A stretch of DNA of 64,000 nt, from the NCBI GenBank assembly GCA_963816185.1, contig CAWFJJ010000028.1, positions 352,001-416,000 of the forward strand, written 5' to 3'. Shown one piece after another: positions 27,787 through 39,324 of this stretch. Source of the DNA: Thermoanaerobaculia bacterium (GTDB lineage: Bacteria; Acidobacteriota; Thermoanaerobaculia; UBA5066). The notes under the pieces are model-generated. The model did no database searches. It was not told the DNA's origin and saw nothing but the letters and a program-made list of their open reading frames with translations. The stretch's first letter is position 1, and every line of letters starts with the position of its first letter. The translations under genes and the position numbers were made by a program.

Positions 27787-30535
27787 TTGTCCCTGACAGC
27801 CGGGACGAAACTGGGGCCTTACGAGACGCTCTCCGGGGGGCGCCTTCGGCCGCCCCCCGGTACCCCCCGCGGGGTGACGATCTGAGTCTGGTCTGCGGCG
27901 CACAAGTTAGGTCCCTACGAGATCCTCGCGCCGCTCGGCGCGGGCGGGATGGGCGAGGTTTATCGGGCGCGGGACCAGAAGCTCGACCGGGATGTCGCGA
28001 TCAAGGTGCTGCCGGAAGCCGTCGCCGCCGATGCGGACGCGCTGGCGAGGTTCGAGCGGGAGGCCAAGGCGGTCGCGGCGCTCTCGCACCCGAACATCCT
28101 CGCGATCTCACGACTTCGGAACGCACGACGGCATCGCCTATGCCGTCATGGAGCTTGCTCGAAGGCGAGACGCTGCGCGGCAAGCTCGACGCCGGACCGA
28201 TCCCGCAGAAGCAGGCCGTGGACTACGCCGCTGCAGATCGCGAAGGGCCTCTCCGCCGCCCACGAGAAGGGGATCGTCCACCGGGACCTGAAGCCCGAGA
28301 ACCTCTTCGTCCCGAAGGACGGCCACGTGAAGATCCTCGACTTCGGCCTGGCAAAGAGAGTCGAGGCGGTCAGCCCCGGAGCGAGGAGACGAGCGCGCCG
28401 ACGGTCTCGGGTCACACGGAGCCCGGGACGGTCATGGGCACGATGGGCTACATGTCGCCCGAGCAGGTGCGGGGGCTCCCCGTCGATCACCGCTCGGACA
28501 TCTTCTCGTTCGGGGCGATCCTCTACGAGATGCTTCGGGCAAGAAGGCGTTCAAGAGGGACACGGCGAGCGACACGATGGCGGCGATCCTGCGGGACGAG
28601 CCGCCGGAGCTCTCGGGGTCGGGACGGAACATCTCGTCCGCTCTCGACAGCATCGTCCGGCATTGCCTGGAGAAGGACCGGGACAACCGTTTTCAGTCGG
28701 CGAAGGACATCGTGTTCGCGCTCTCGGAGCAGTCCTCGGCGACCGTCGACGAGCGGCGCGCGGCTGGCGGCGCCACCGGCCGGAAAGAGGATCGTCCTCG
28801 GCGCCGTTGCGGCCCTCGCCGTTCTCGCGGTCGCTGGCATCTTCCTCCTGCGCCGGCCGCACACGACGTCGGGCGGGATCGGGGGCGTGAAGCGCCTGGC
28901 CGTGCTGCCGTTCGAGAACGTGGGAGCTCCCCAGGACGAGTATTTCGCCGACGGCATGGCCGACGCCGTGCGCGGCAAGCTCACGTCGCTTGCCGGGCGT
29001 CGAGGTGATTGCCAGAGCCAGCTCGACCCCGTACAAGAAGACGACGAAGACGCCGAAGCAGATCGCCCGACGAGCTCGACGCGAGATATCTGCTGACGGC
29101 GACCGTGCGCTGGGAGAAGAGCGGAGGCACGAGCCGCGTGCAGGTCAGCCCGGAGCTGGTCGAGGTGAACGAGCCCGGCGCCGCCACCTCGAGGTGGCAG
29201 CAGCCCTTCGACGCGGCGCTGACGGATGTCTTCCAGGTGCAGTCGGACATCGCGACGCGCGTGGCGCAGGCTCTCGATGTCGCGCTCGGGGCGGGCGACG
29301 AGAAGCGGCTTGCGGAGAACCCCACGCAGAACCTGGCCGCCTACGACGCCTTCCTGAAGGGCGAGGAAGTCTCGAGGAGCATGGCCATCAACGATCCGGC
29401 CAGCCTGCGCAAGGCGCTCGGGCTCTACGAGCAAGCCGTGGCCCTCGATCCCGGCTTCGCGCGGGCCTGGGCGCAGATTTCCAAAGCCGACTCGATCCTG
29501 TACGGCAACAGCGTGCCGACGCCGGAGCTGGCCGAGCGCGCGCGCCAGGCAGCGGAGAAGGCGGTCGCCCTCGCGCCAGACCAGCCCGACGGATACCTGG
29601 CCCTCGGCACCTACATGCGCGTGGTCGTCGCGGACCTCAGCCGCGCGCTGGAGCAGTACGCGAAGGGGCGGCGCGTTGCGCCTGGCAACGCCGACTTGCT
29701 CAGGGCAACCGCGTTGACCGAGCAGAGCCTCGGACACTGGGACGCGGCGGTGGAGCACTTCAAGCAGGCAGAGCGCCTCGATCCCCGGTCGATCAACAAC
29801 AAGTGGACGCTCGGCATCGCGCTGCTTCGTCTGAGGCGATATCCCGAAGCGCGCGAAGCCTTCGACCGCGGGCTCGCCCTCGCGCCCGCAAACCTCACCC
29901 TGATCGAGCAAAAGGCGATGACGTTCCTCGGGGAGGGAGATCTCGCGGGAGCGCGATCCGTGTTGCACGCCGTGCCCAAAGAGGTCGAGCCCACGGCAAT
30001 GGTGTCCTATCTGGCGACTTACTTCGATCTCGTCTGGGTCCTCGACGAGGAGCAGCGTGAGCTGCTTCTGCGTCTGACACCGAGCGCCTTCGACAACAAC
30101 AGGGGGGCCTGGAGCCTCTGCCTCGTCCAAGCCTATGCGCTCAAGGGCGATGCGGCCAACGTACGCTCCCACGCCGAGGAAGCGAGAAAGGCCTTCCAGC
30201 AGCAGCTTCTCGCCGCGCCACAGGACCCGCAGCTTCACATCCTGCTCGGCCTCGCACTCGCCTACCTCGGCCAGAAAGACGAAGCGATCCGAGAGGGAGA
30301 ACGCGGTGTCGCGCTCCTGCCCGTGACCAAAGATGCGTACCTCGGTCCCTATCTCGAGCACCAGCTCGTGCGCATCTACATCCTCGTCGGCGAGCCGGAA
30401 AAGGCGCTCGACCAGCTGGAGCCGCTCCTGAAGATCCCGTACGTCCTCTCGCCCGGCTGGCTCAGGATCGACCCGAATTTCGACCCGCTGCGCAAGAACC
30501 CGAGGTTCCAAAGGCTCGTCGAGAGGGCGAAATGA
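27787..30535 (+). CDS. Hanks-type Ser/Thr kinase with TM, TolB_N-like (LAVLPFEN) and TPR domains; several frameshifts and a duplicated 5' end (pseudogene or assembly errors)
   Basis: [34 protein letters not shown] are spread over several frames; the TPR region is intact in ORF 29009..30535. Confidence 0.8.
27833..27860. repeat. GC-rich REP-like hairpin between two copies of the kinase N-terminus
   Basis: CCGGGGGGCG-ccttcggc-CGCCCCCCGG, a perfect 10-bp stem, followed by TACCCCCC. Confidence 0.65.
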
Positions 30536-33216
30536 CCCTCGCGTCCGGAACGCGGCTCGGGCCCCTACGAGATCCTCGCGCCGCTCGGCGCAGGCGGGAT
30601 GGGGGAGGTTTACCGGGCGAGAGACACGCGGCTCGCGCGGGAGGTCGCGGTCAAGGTGCTGCCGGAAGAGTTCTTCGAAGAGCGAAGAGAAGCGGCAGAG
30701 GTTCGAGCGGGAAGCGAAGCTGCTGGCCTCGCTGAACCATCCCAACATCGCGGTCATCTACTCATTCGAAGAAATCCCCGCTTCCTCTCGTCCTCGTCGC
30801 GACACCTCCTGGTCATGGAGCTGCTCGAAGGCGAGACGCTGTCGGAGCGGCTCGCGAAAGGGCCGCTGCCGCTCGACCAGGCGTTGCGGTATCGGCGGGG
30901 AGATCGCGCGAGGCGCTCGACAAGGCCCACCGCCGGGGGATCGTCCACCGGGACCTCAAGCCCGGCAACGTGATGCTGACGAAGTCGGGCGTGAAGCTGC
31001 TCGACTTCGGGCTCGCGAAGGCAGATCGCGCCGGACGCGCCGAACGGCGCGCTGTCGGCGCTGCCGACGCAGACAGGTCACTGACGGCGGAGGGCGCCGT
31101 CATCGGGACGTTCGCAGTACATGGCGCCGGAGCAGCTGGAAGGGAAGGAGGCCGACGCGCGGACCGACATCTTCGCGTTCGGCGCCGTGCTCTACGAGAT
31201 GGCGACCGGGAGGAGGGCGTTCGCGGGGGCGAGCCGGGCTTCGCTGGTCGCGGCGATCATGTCGAGCGAGCCCACCGTCGATCTCCTCGATTCAGCCCGA
31301 CGACGCCGCCGGCGCTCGACCGCTCGTGAAGACGTGCCTCGCGAAGGACCCCGACGACCGCTGGCAGAGCGCCGGAGATGTCGCCAGGGAGTTGAAATGG
31401 ATCGCGGAGGGCTCGGCGCCGGCTGGCGCCGCCTCTCCGGCCGTCGCCGGCGCCGCAGTCGCCGCGAGGGCTCGCGTGGGCCGTCGCGGCGCTGCGCGAT
31501 CGTCGCTCGGCGCTTTGCGGCGCCTCCTGTCTCGCCGGTCGCCGGCGCCCGAGGAGCTGACGCGCTTCACGATCATGCCGCCCTCCGGCCAGGGCTTCCT
31601 GCGGATGGTCACGCTCTCTCCGGACGCGCGGCGCATTGCTGTTCCTTCTCCAGGACGAGGGAGGAAGAACCTCGATCGCGGTTCGCCCGCTCGACAGCCT
31701 CGAGACCCGGCGGCTGCCGGGCACCGAGGACGCCCGCGGCATGTTCTGGTCGCCCGACGGCCGCGAGATCGCTTTCTTCTCGGAAGGGAGGCTGAAGCGC
31801 ATGGGCGCGGACGGCGGCCCCGTCCAGACGATCTGCGAGAGCGGGGGCGCGTTCTCCGGCGCGTGGGGCCGCCAGGGCACGATCCTCTTCACGAAGGAGT
31901 TCGGCGACCCCATCGTCGCCGTCTCCGCGGCAGGAGGCACGCCTCGGCCGGTCACGGCGCTCGACCCGGCGCGTGGCGAAGTCGCGCACTTCCATCCCGC
32001 GTTCCTTCCCGACGGACGGCATTTCGTCTTCGTGGCGCGCAACCTCGACCCGGAGAAGACCTCCGTCGTGCTGGCGTCGCTCGATTCGAAGGAGGTCCGC
32101 CGGCTCTTCCATGCGGACTCCGCCGCCGTCTTCGCCGATCCGGATACCTCCTGTTTGCGCGGGACAACGCCCTCTTCGCGTGGAGATTCGATCCCCGGCG
32201 CCTCGAGCTCGTCGGGGACCCCGTTCCCGCGTTCGAGCACGTCCGCTACACGACCGAGGACAACTTCCTGTCGGCTCTCGGCGGCCGGAAACCGCGTGGC
32301 GTACCTGTCGTGGTCCATGCGGCGGAGGCTCGTTTGGGTGGACCGGAAGGGGCGCGAACTCGGCACCCTCGGCGACGTCGGCGGCTACGAGGACGTCCGC
32401 ATCTCGCCGGACGGCCGGAGGGTGGCCGTGCCGTGCGCGATCCGGCGCACGGCCAGAACCAGGACGTCTGGGTCCTGGATGCCTCCCGCGGGACGGGTAC
32501 GCGGATCACCGCCGAGCGCACGGACGAGTTCGACCCGGCGTGGTTCCCGGACGGCGAGCGGCTGGTCTATGTCTCCGATCGCGTGTCGGTTTCTACGATC
32601 TCTACGAGCGGCCGGCGAGCGGGGGCGCCGAGAAGATTCTGGTTCGGACGAAGCAGGACAAGATCTCTGCCGACGGTGTCGCCCGACGGCCGGCATCTGC
32701 TCGTGGACGTCCCGGAGGCGGGCAGGTTCGCGCGCGTTCTGATCCCGCTGTCCGGAGGCGGCGATTCCTCGGTTGAGCGGCGACTCCCGGTTCTCGGAGG
32801 AGCATCCCGAGATCTCGCCGGACGGCCGCTGGACCGCGTTCGACTCGCAGCGAGTCGGGGCAGAGGGAAGTCTACGTGCAGCCTCTGCCGGAGGGTCCGA
32901 AGCGTCAGGTCTCGATCGGCGGCGGCCAGATGCCGGTCTGGAATCGAAACGGCTCGGAGCTCTTCTACGCGGCCCGGGACGGGATGCTGATGTCGGTCAC
33001 CATGCGCCTGCCGCGGGCCGGCTGGAGATCGCGGAGCCGCAGCCGCTCTTCCTCCTGCAGCTCGGAGTGAGCGGGGAGATCCAGATCCACCGCCACCCTT
33101 ATGACGTCTCTCCGGACGGCCAGCGGTTCCTCGTGATCCGCCGCGCGCCGGACGCCGAGCCCGACGGCGCTGTCGTCGTCACGAACTGGACCGCGGTGTT
33201 GAAGAAAATCCCGTAA
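30532..33216 (+). CDS. Hanks-type Ser/Thr kinase with PD40/WD40-like beta-propeller; many frameshifts
   Basis: [49 protein letters not shown], repeated (W/I/V)SPDG motifs, terminal VVTNW. Confidence 0.8.
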
Positions 33217-33448
33217 CGGCAGACTGCTAGGATCGAAACGATGCTGGCGCTCCGAACCTCCGAGATCCGCGACAAGTACACGGGCCGTTCTTCACCCAAC
33301 GCTGATCGAGTTCGGGAAGGCGCAGATCCTGGGACGGAGCGAGGAGGAGAAGGAGGAGGCCTACATCAAGCGGATTCATCTGGCGACGTGAAAGAGGCTT
33401 CCCCGCTGGCGGCGGCGGCTCCCCCCGGTTAGACTTCCGCGCGGCGCG

Positions 33449-33847
33449 ATGGCGATCTTCGGAAAGAGCGGTGGCCCGGAGTCCCCGGGCCGTGAGGACC
33501 CGGGGTCCCGCTCGTCCTTCATCGGCGCGAAGATCCGGTTTCAAGGGGAGCTCCTCGGGGACGAAGACGTCCTCGTGGAAGGCCGCCTGGAGGGCCGGGT
33601 GAAGATCTCGAAAGCCTTCCGGGTGGGCCTTCACGGAGTGGTTCTCGCCGAGGTCGCAGCCGCCACCGTCACCATCGCAGGGCGCATCGTCGGCAACGTA
33701 AGCGCCGCCGAGCGCGTGGAGCTTCTCCCGACCGGCACCCTCGAAGGCAACATTCAGGCTCCGCGCATCGTCATCGGCGAGGGAGCGCGATTCACAGGAA
33801 GCATCGACATGAGCGGCGGGGCTGCGACTCCCACGCCGTCGAGCTGA
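33449..33847 (+). CDS. Bactofilin (polymer-forming cytoskeletal protein)
   Basis: SFIGAKIRFQGEL...VEGRLEG...GRIVGNV...LEGNI...IGEGARFTG beta-helix repeats. Confidence 0.9.
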   Translation: MAIFGKSGGPESPGREDPGSRSSFIGAKIRFQGELLGDEDVLVEGRLEGRVKISKAFRVGLHGVVLAEVAAATVTIAGRIVGNVSAAERVELLPTGTLEGNIQAPRIVIGEGARFTGSIDMSGGAATPTPSS

Positions 33848-33874
33848 CCCCGCACGTGAAAGGAACGAAACGAC

Positions 33875-35404
33875 ATGGCCTCGTCCGCGCCCATCCACGG
33901 AAACTGGATCGCAGGAAAATGGGTCCCCGCCCGATCCGCTCGAACGTTCGAGAACCGCAATCCCGCCGACGTCACGGATCTCATCGGCCGCTTCGCCGAC
34001 TCCGACGAGCGCGACGCGAAGGAGGCGGTCGACGTCGCCGCCGAGGCCTACCGGACGTGGCGCCTCGTGCCGGGACCGCAGCGGGGGGAGATTCTCTACC
34101 GCCTCGGCGAGGTTCTGCGCGACCGCAAGGAGGACTACGCGCGCGACATGACGCGCGAAATGGGGAAGGTCCTCAAGGAAACGCGCGGCGACGTCCAGGA
34201 GGCCATCGACATGGCCTTCCTCATGGGCGGCGAGGGCCGGCGCCTGCACGGGCAGACGACGCCCTCCGAGCTGCCGAACAAGTTCGCCATGTCGGTGCGG
34301 TCGCCGATCGGCGTCTGCGCCTTCATCACGCCGTGGAACTTCCCGATGGCGATCCCGGCCTGGAAGACGACGGCCGCCCTCGTGTGCGGCAACACCGTCG
34401 TCATCAAGCCGGCCACGGACACGCCGCTCTCGGTCGTGAACTTCGCGCGCGCCCTCGAGGACGCGGGGCTGCCGCCCGGCGTCTTCAACGTGGTCACGGG
34501 CAGCGGCTCGAAGGTGGGGATGCCGCTCCTCAAGGACCCGCGTGTGAAGGTCGTTTCCTTCACGGGCTCGACGGCCGTCGGCCAGACGATCAACGAGGCG
34601 TGCGCTCCGACGTTCAAGCACGTCCACCTCGAGATGGGCGGCAAGAACCCGATTCTCGTCATGGACGACGCGAACCTCGAGCTCGCCGTCGACGGCGCGA
34701 TCTGGGGCGCGTTCGGCACGAGCGGCCAGCGCTGCACGGCGTCCTCGCGTCTCCTCGTCCACAAGAAGGTCGCCCGGAAGTTCACGGCCATGCTCGCCGA
34801 GCGCGCGAACGCGTTGAAGGTCGGAAACGGCCTCGACGAGAAGATCGAGATGGGGCCGTCCATCAACGAGAGCCAGCTCGACACGGTTCTCGACTACATC
34901 TCCATCGGAAAGGCCGAGGGCGCCAGGTGCGTCGCCGGCGGGCGCCGTCTCGCGGGCAAGGCTCACGCGAAGGGCTGGTTCGTGGCGCCGACCGTTTTCG
35001 CCGACTGCAATCGGCGGATGCGCATCGCGCGCGAGGAGATCTTCGGGCCCGTGACGTCCATCGTGCCGATCGGGTCGCTCGAAGAGGGAATCGACGTCGC
35101 GAACGACAGCGACTACGGCCTTTCGTCGGCCATCTTCACGCAGGACGTCAACAAGGCGTTCGTCGCGATGCGCGACCTCGAAGCGGGGATCTTCTACGTC
35201 AATCTGCCGACGATCGGCGCAGAGACGCACCTGCCGTTCGGCGGCACGAAGAAGACGGGGAACGGGCACCGTGAGGCCGGCCTCGCCGCCCTCGACGTGT
35301 TCAGCGAGTGGAAGTCGATCTACGTCGACTACTCGGGCACGATCCAGAAGGCCCAGATCGACGTTCCCGCCGGAGCGGCCCGACCTTCGAAGAAGAAAGC
35401 CTGA
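33875..35404 (+). CDS. Aldehyde dehydrogenase family protein
   Basis: [37 protein letters not shown]. Confidence 0.95.
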   Translation: MASSAPIHGNWIAGKWVPARSARTFENRNPADVTDLIGRFADSDERDAKEAVDVAAEAYRTWRLVPGPQRGEILYRLGEVLRDRKEDYARDMTREMGKVLKETRGDVQEAIDMAFLMGGEGRRLHGQTTPSELPNKFAMSVRSPIGVCAFITPWNFPMAIPAWKTTAALVCGNTVVIKPATDTPLSVVNFARALEDAGLPPGVFNVVTGSGSKVGMPLLKDPRVKVVSFTGSTAVGQTINEACAPTFKHVHLEMGGKNPILVMDDANLELAVDGAIWGAFGTSGQRCTASSRLLVHKKVARKFTAMLAERANALKVGNGLDEKIEMGPSINESQLDTVLDYISIGKAEGARCVAGGRRLAGKAHAKGWFVAPTVFADCNRRMRIAREEIFGPVTSIVPIGSLEEGIDVANDSDYGLSSAIFTQDVNKAFVAMRDLEAGIFYVNLPTIGAETHLPFGGTKKTGNGHREAGLAALDVFSEWKSIYVDYSGTIQKAQIDVPAGAARPSKKKA

Positions 35405-35418
35405 GAGAGCGGGAGCGG

Positions 35419-36639
35419 ATGGGCACTCCCGTCCTCTGGCTCCTGCCGTTCGTCGGTCTTCTCCTCTCGATCGCGATCCTGCCGCTCGTCGTTCCCGGCC
35501 GTTGGAGCCGTCCCGGGTTCCAGGCGATCGTGGCCTCTCTCGCCGCCTTGCCGATCGTCGTCGGCCGTCCCCAAGCCCTCGGCCAGGTCGCCCACGAGTA
35601 CGTCGCGTTCGTCCTGCTTCTCGGCTCGCTCTACGTCGTCGCCTCCGGCATCCGCGTCACGGGCGACATCCCCGCGCATCCCGCGACGAACACCGTGCTC
35701 CTCCTCCTGGGCGCCGTTCTCGCGTCGATCATCGGAACGACCGGCGCTTCGATGCTCCTCATCCGACTCGTCCTCGAGGTCAACTCGGAACGGAGAAACG
35801 TCTCGCACACGGTTCTGTTCTTCATCCTCGTGGTCTCCAACGTGGGCGGCTGCCTCACGCCGCTCGGCGATCCGCCGCTCTTCCTCGGATACCTCGCCGG
35901 CGTGCCCTTCTTCTGGACTCTGCGGCTCGCCGAGGAGTGGGCCGTGGCGATCGGCCTGCTCCTCGGAGCGTACTACCTCGTCGAGCGGCGCGAGCACGCG
36001 CGGGAGGAGCCCACGGCGCTTCTCGCCGACGAGACGACGCGGCGGCCCATCCGCGTGACGGGACGGTGGAACTTCCTGCTGCTCGCCGGGATCGTCTTCG
36101 CAACGGCGTTCCTCGCCTCGCCTTTCCGCGAGGCCGTCTACATCGCCTGCGCGGCGGCGAGCTTCCCCCTGACGCCTCGAGGGCAGAGGGACGAGGTCGG
36201 CTTCTCGTGGCATCCCATCCTCGAGGTGGCGATTCTCTTCGCGGGCATCTTCGTCGCGATGGAGCCGGCTCTGGTCGTCCTGCGCGAGAGAGCGCCGGCG
36301 CTCGGCCTCACACGTCCGTGGCATTTCTTCTGGGCGACGGGATGGCTCTCCGCGTGGCTCGACAACGCGCCAACGTATGCCGCGTTCCTCGCCCTTGCGC
36401 GGGGCCTGGGCCGGCCGGAGGTCGCGGGCGTTCCGGCGAAGATCCTGGAGGCGATCTCGGTTGGGGCCGTCTTCTTCGGCGCAATGACGTACATCGGAAA
36501 CGGCCCGAACTTCCTCGTCCGGTCTATCGCGGCGTCCCGCGGCGTCGCGATGCCGTCGTTCTTCGGCTATGCGGCCCGTGCGGCGGCCGTGCTCCTGCCG
36601 CTGTTCCTGCTTCTCACGTTCATCTTCTTCCGCGGCTGA
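35419..36639 (+). CDS. Ion transporter (IT) superfamily membrane protein (CitMHS_2/putative Na+:H+ antiporter)
   Basis: IGTTGASM, SNVGGCLTPLGDPPLFLG, LDNAPTY, TYIGNGPN. Confidence 0.82.
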   Translation: MGTPVLWLLPFVGLLLSIAILPLVVPGRWSRPGFQAIVASLAALPIVVGRPQALGQVAHEYVAFVLLLGSLYVVASGIRVTGDIPAHPATNTVLLLLGAVLASIIGTTGASMLLIRLVLEVNSERRNVSHTVLFFILVVSNVGGCLTPLGDPPLFLGYLAGVPFFWTLRLAEEWAVAIGLLLGAYYLVERREHAREEPTALLADETTRRPIRVTGRWNFLLLAGIVFATAFLASPFREAVYIACAAASFPLTPRGQRDEVGFSWHPILEVAILFAGIFVAMEPALVVLRERAPALGLTRPWHFFWATGWLSAWLDNAPTYAAFLALARGLGRPEVAGVPAKILEAISVGAVFFGAMTYIGNGPNFLVRSIAASRGVAMPSFFGYAARAAAVLLPLFLLLTFIFFRG

Positions 36640-36669
36640 GAAGCCGGACGGCGGGGCGCAGCGGGATCC

Positions 36670-37911
36670 TTACGAGCCGATGTCCTTCGCCTTCCGGTAG
36701 GCAGGCAGGGCCACGGAGAGGATGCGAACGGCTTCCTTCAGGTCGTCCTCCTTCAGGACGTAGGCGATGCGGATCTCGTCGAGTCCGAGTCCCGGGGTGA
36801 CGTAGAAGCCGCTGGCTGGGGCGACCATGACGGTCTTCCCCTCGAGCGCGAAGCTCGTCAGAAGCCATGCCGCGAAGTCGTCGCTGTCCCGAACGGGCAG
36901 GCGCGCCACGAAATAGAAAGCTCCCTCCGGCTTTCGGAGGAAGACGCCGGGAATCTTCGAGAGCCCCTCATAGAGCGTGTCGCGCCTTTTCTGGTACTCC
37001 GTCACGATGCCTCGGTAATACTCCGGCCCGAGCTCCAGGGCACCCGGTGCGATGTGCTGTGCCAGCCCCGGTGGCGAGAGGCGGCCCTGCGCCATGCGGT
37101 TGCAGGCGCCGGCCACCTCGGCGTTCCGCGTGACGAGCGCACCGAGCCTGATCCCGCACGCCGAGAAGCGCTTCGAGAGCGAGTCCACGACCACGACGTC
37201 GTTCTCGAATCCCGCGAGCGAGAGAGCGCTGGCGGACTCGCGGCCGTCGTACAGAAACTCGCGGTAGACCTCGTCGGAGACGAGGAAGAGCCCGTGGTCC
37301 CGGCAGAACTCCGCCGCGCGGACGATCTCCTCCTTCGAGTAGACGGTCCCGGTCGGGTTGTTCGGATTGCAGAGGAGGACGAGGCGGGTCTTCGACGTCA
37401 GGGCCTTCTCCCAGTCTCCGCGCGCCGGAAGGTGAAAGCCGTCCTCGCCACGCGTGACGATCGGGCGCAGGCTGAGGCCTGCCATCGCCGCGAAGGAACG
37501 ATAGTTCGTATAAAGCGGCTCCACCGTCAGGATCTCGCCGCCCGCATCGGAGCAGGCCATGAAGGCGAACAGGACAGCTTCACTCCCGCCCGTCGTCGCG
37601 AGAATCTCGCCCCTCTTCAGCGTGATCCCCAGTTTCCCGTAGTAGGCGTGGAGGAAATCGAGGTACTCGGGCGTCCCGTTCGAGGGCGAGTAGGCGTACG
37701 TCTTGTCCTTGAGCGTCGTCAGTCGCCGGCGCATCGGCTCCGGCGTCTCGAGGTCGGGCTGGCCGATGTTCAAGTGATAGACCTTCACCCCGCGCTTTTT
37801 CGCCTCGTCCGCGAGAGGCATGAGCTTGCGGATGGGGGAGGGAGGCATGGCACGCCCGCGGGCGGAGACACGGGCGGCGGACCGGGTGGCGGATCGGGTG
37901 GCGGTACTCAT
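36670..37911 (-). CDS. PLP-dependent class I/II aminotransferase (aspartate aminotransferase-like)
   Basis: LNIGQPD, CNPNNPTG, SDEVYREF, DSLSKRFSACGIRLG. Confidence 0.92.
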   Translation of the reverse strand: MSTATRSATRSAARVSARGRAMPPSPIRKLMPLADEAKKRGVKVYHLNIGQPDLETPEPMRRRLTTLKDKTYAYSPSNGTPEYLDFLHAYYGKLGITLKRGEILATTGGSEAVLFAFMACSDAGGEILTVEPLYTNYRSFAAMAGLSLRPIVTRGEDGFHLPARGDWEKALTSKTRLVLLCNPNNPTGTVYSKEEIVRAAEFCRDHGLFLVSDEVYREFLYDGRESASALSLAGFENDVVVVDSLSKRFSACGIRLGALVTRNAEVAGACNRMAQGRLSPPGLAQHIAPGALELGPEYYRGIVTEYQKRRDTLYEGLSKIPGVFLRKPEGAFYFVARLPVRDSDDFAAWLLTSFALEGKTVMVAPASGFYVTPGLGLDEIRIAYVLKEDDLKEAVRILSVALPAYRKAKDIGS

Positions 37912-37963
37912 CGCGGAGCCAGACTAGCACCAGGGAGCCGCGCCAAGACGCCGAAGAGCGGGA

Positions 37964-38008
37964 GCCCCCTCCGATTGCCGGAGTTCCGGAGCCGGCTCCG
38001 GAGGGGGC
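37964..38008. terminator. Possible terminator or processing hairpin downstream of the 93-aa gene
   Basis: GCCCCCTCCG...CGGAGGGGGC 10-bp inverted repeat; no strong U-tract. Confidence 0.35.
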
Positions 38009-38017
38009 GGTCGTCGG

Positions 38018-38299
38018 CTATTTCGGTCCGTTCTGATTCGCAGCCTCGGCGGCTGCCTTCAGCTCGGTATTCACCTGTTCGAGCAGCTCTTTCGCCTTCT
38101 GGGCGTGTCCATTCATGTCCCATTCGTTCGCCTTCTGCGCGGCCATGATCTTGTTGAATGCCTGGGTCGAGAGGCGCTGCGCGGCGGCGAGATTCGGGTG
38201 CCTTCTCCCGCTCACATTCCTGACGGGCTTTTCCGCGACGGCGCTCCCGGCAGCCATGACGGCAAGACCGAGAACGAGAACCGAAAGCAATCTCCTCAT
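38018..38299 (-). CDS. Small secreted helical protein
   Basis: Signal peptide (AVA-EK), HPNL and GH motifs, AGGAGG RBS, upstream TAAAAT. Confidence 0.8.
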   Translation of the reverse strand: MRRLLSVLVLGLAVMAAGSAVAEKPVRNVSGRRHPNLAAAQRLSTQAFNKIMAAQKANEWDMNGHAQKAKELLEQVNTELKAAAEAANQNGPK

Positions 38300-38325
38300 A
38301 GGTGCAAATCCTCCTGAGTCTCATT

Positions 38326-39324
38326 TTACATTCCTCCGGCTCGGAGTTTCGCGGCGGCGAGGAGCGCTCCGATGTCGTCCGGCACCGGCGCCGTGAACGT
38401 CATCTTCTCGCCCGTGGTGGGATGCTTCAACGTCAGGCGCCAGGCGTGAAGCGCCTGACGCGGAAAGCTCCGGCAGAGATCGCGCAGAAGCTCGTCCTTG
38501 ATCCCTTTCCATCGGGGCGAGCCGTACGTGGGATCGCCGACGATGGGAAGGCGGAGCGCCTTGAGGTGAACGCGAATTTGATGCGTCCGGCCGGTGACGA
38601 GCGTGCACTTGAGGAGAGAAAGACCGGAGTGGGAACCAGAAGACTCGGAGAGGATTTCATAGAAGGTGGTCGACGGACGCCCCTCGGTTTTCGAGGCCGC
38701 CATGCGTTTCCTGTCGGCGGGATCGCGGCGGATCTTCAGGTCGATGCGCCCCTTTCTCAGCGGCGCCTTGCCGTAAACCAGGGCCAGATATTCCTTTTCC
38801 AGGAATCTCTCTCTTATGGCTCTCCCAAGGACAGCCATGGCCGTTTCGGTCTTTGCGACGACGAGGACCCCCGATGTGTCTTTGTCGAGCCGATGGACGA
38901 GTCCGGGCCTGTCGGCTGGCCCGGCCCACTCCTTCGAGCGATGGAGTAAGGCGTTCACGAGGGTCCCGTCGCGGTGCCCGACGGCAGGGTGCACGACGAG
39001 GCCGGGCGGCTTGTTCAGAACGAGGATTTCGGAATCTTCGTAAAGGGCGGAGAGAGGGATGTCCTGCGCCACGAGGTCGGGACGAGGAGGGGCAGGCGCG
39101 GGAAGGTGGACCAGGATCTCGTCTCCCGTCTTGACCTTCTCGGAGCTCTTCTTCGGTCTTCTCCCTCCGACCGAAACACAGCCGCTCTCGATCCACTCCT
39201 GGATCTTCGTCCGCGAGGCCTCGGGCAGGTCATTCAGGTGCCGGAGCAGAACTCTGTCGAGGCGCTCGCCCGCGTCGCCCCGGTCGGCGCGGATGGTGCG
39301 CCGCGGCCGGGGCGCGTCGGTCAC
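38326..39324 (-). CDS. rluD: RluA-family 23S rRNA pseudouridine synthase
   Basis: S4-like RLD...SR..IQ, NKPPGLVVHP, HRLDKDTSG, TGRTHQIRVH, RQALHA. Confidence 0.9.
   Translation of the reverse strand: MTDAPRPRRTIRADRGDAGERLDRVLLRHLNDLPEASRTKIQEWIESGCVSVGGRRPKKSSEKVKTGDEILVHLPAPAPPRPDLVAQDIPLSALYEDSEILVLNKPPGLVVHPAVGHRDGTLVNALLHRSKEWAGPADRPGLVHRLDKDTSGVLVVAKTETAMAVLGRAIRERFLEKEYLALVYGKAPLRKGRIDLKIRRDPADRKRMAASKTEGRPSTTFYEILSESSGSHSGLSLLKCTLVTGRTHQIRVHLKALRLPIVGDPTYGSPRWKGIKDELLRDLCRSFPRQALHAWRLTLKHPTTGEKMTFTAPVPDDIGALLAAAKLRAGGM

Noticed and set aside
27787-33216. Diversity-generating retroelement acting on the kinases
   Set aside because: No reverse transcriptase and no template/variable repeat pair with adenine-specific mismatches were seen; the variation is indel-type.
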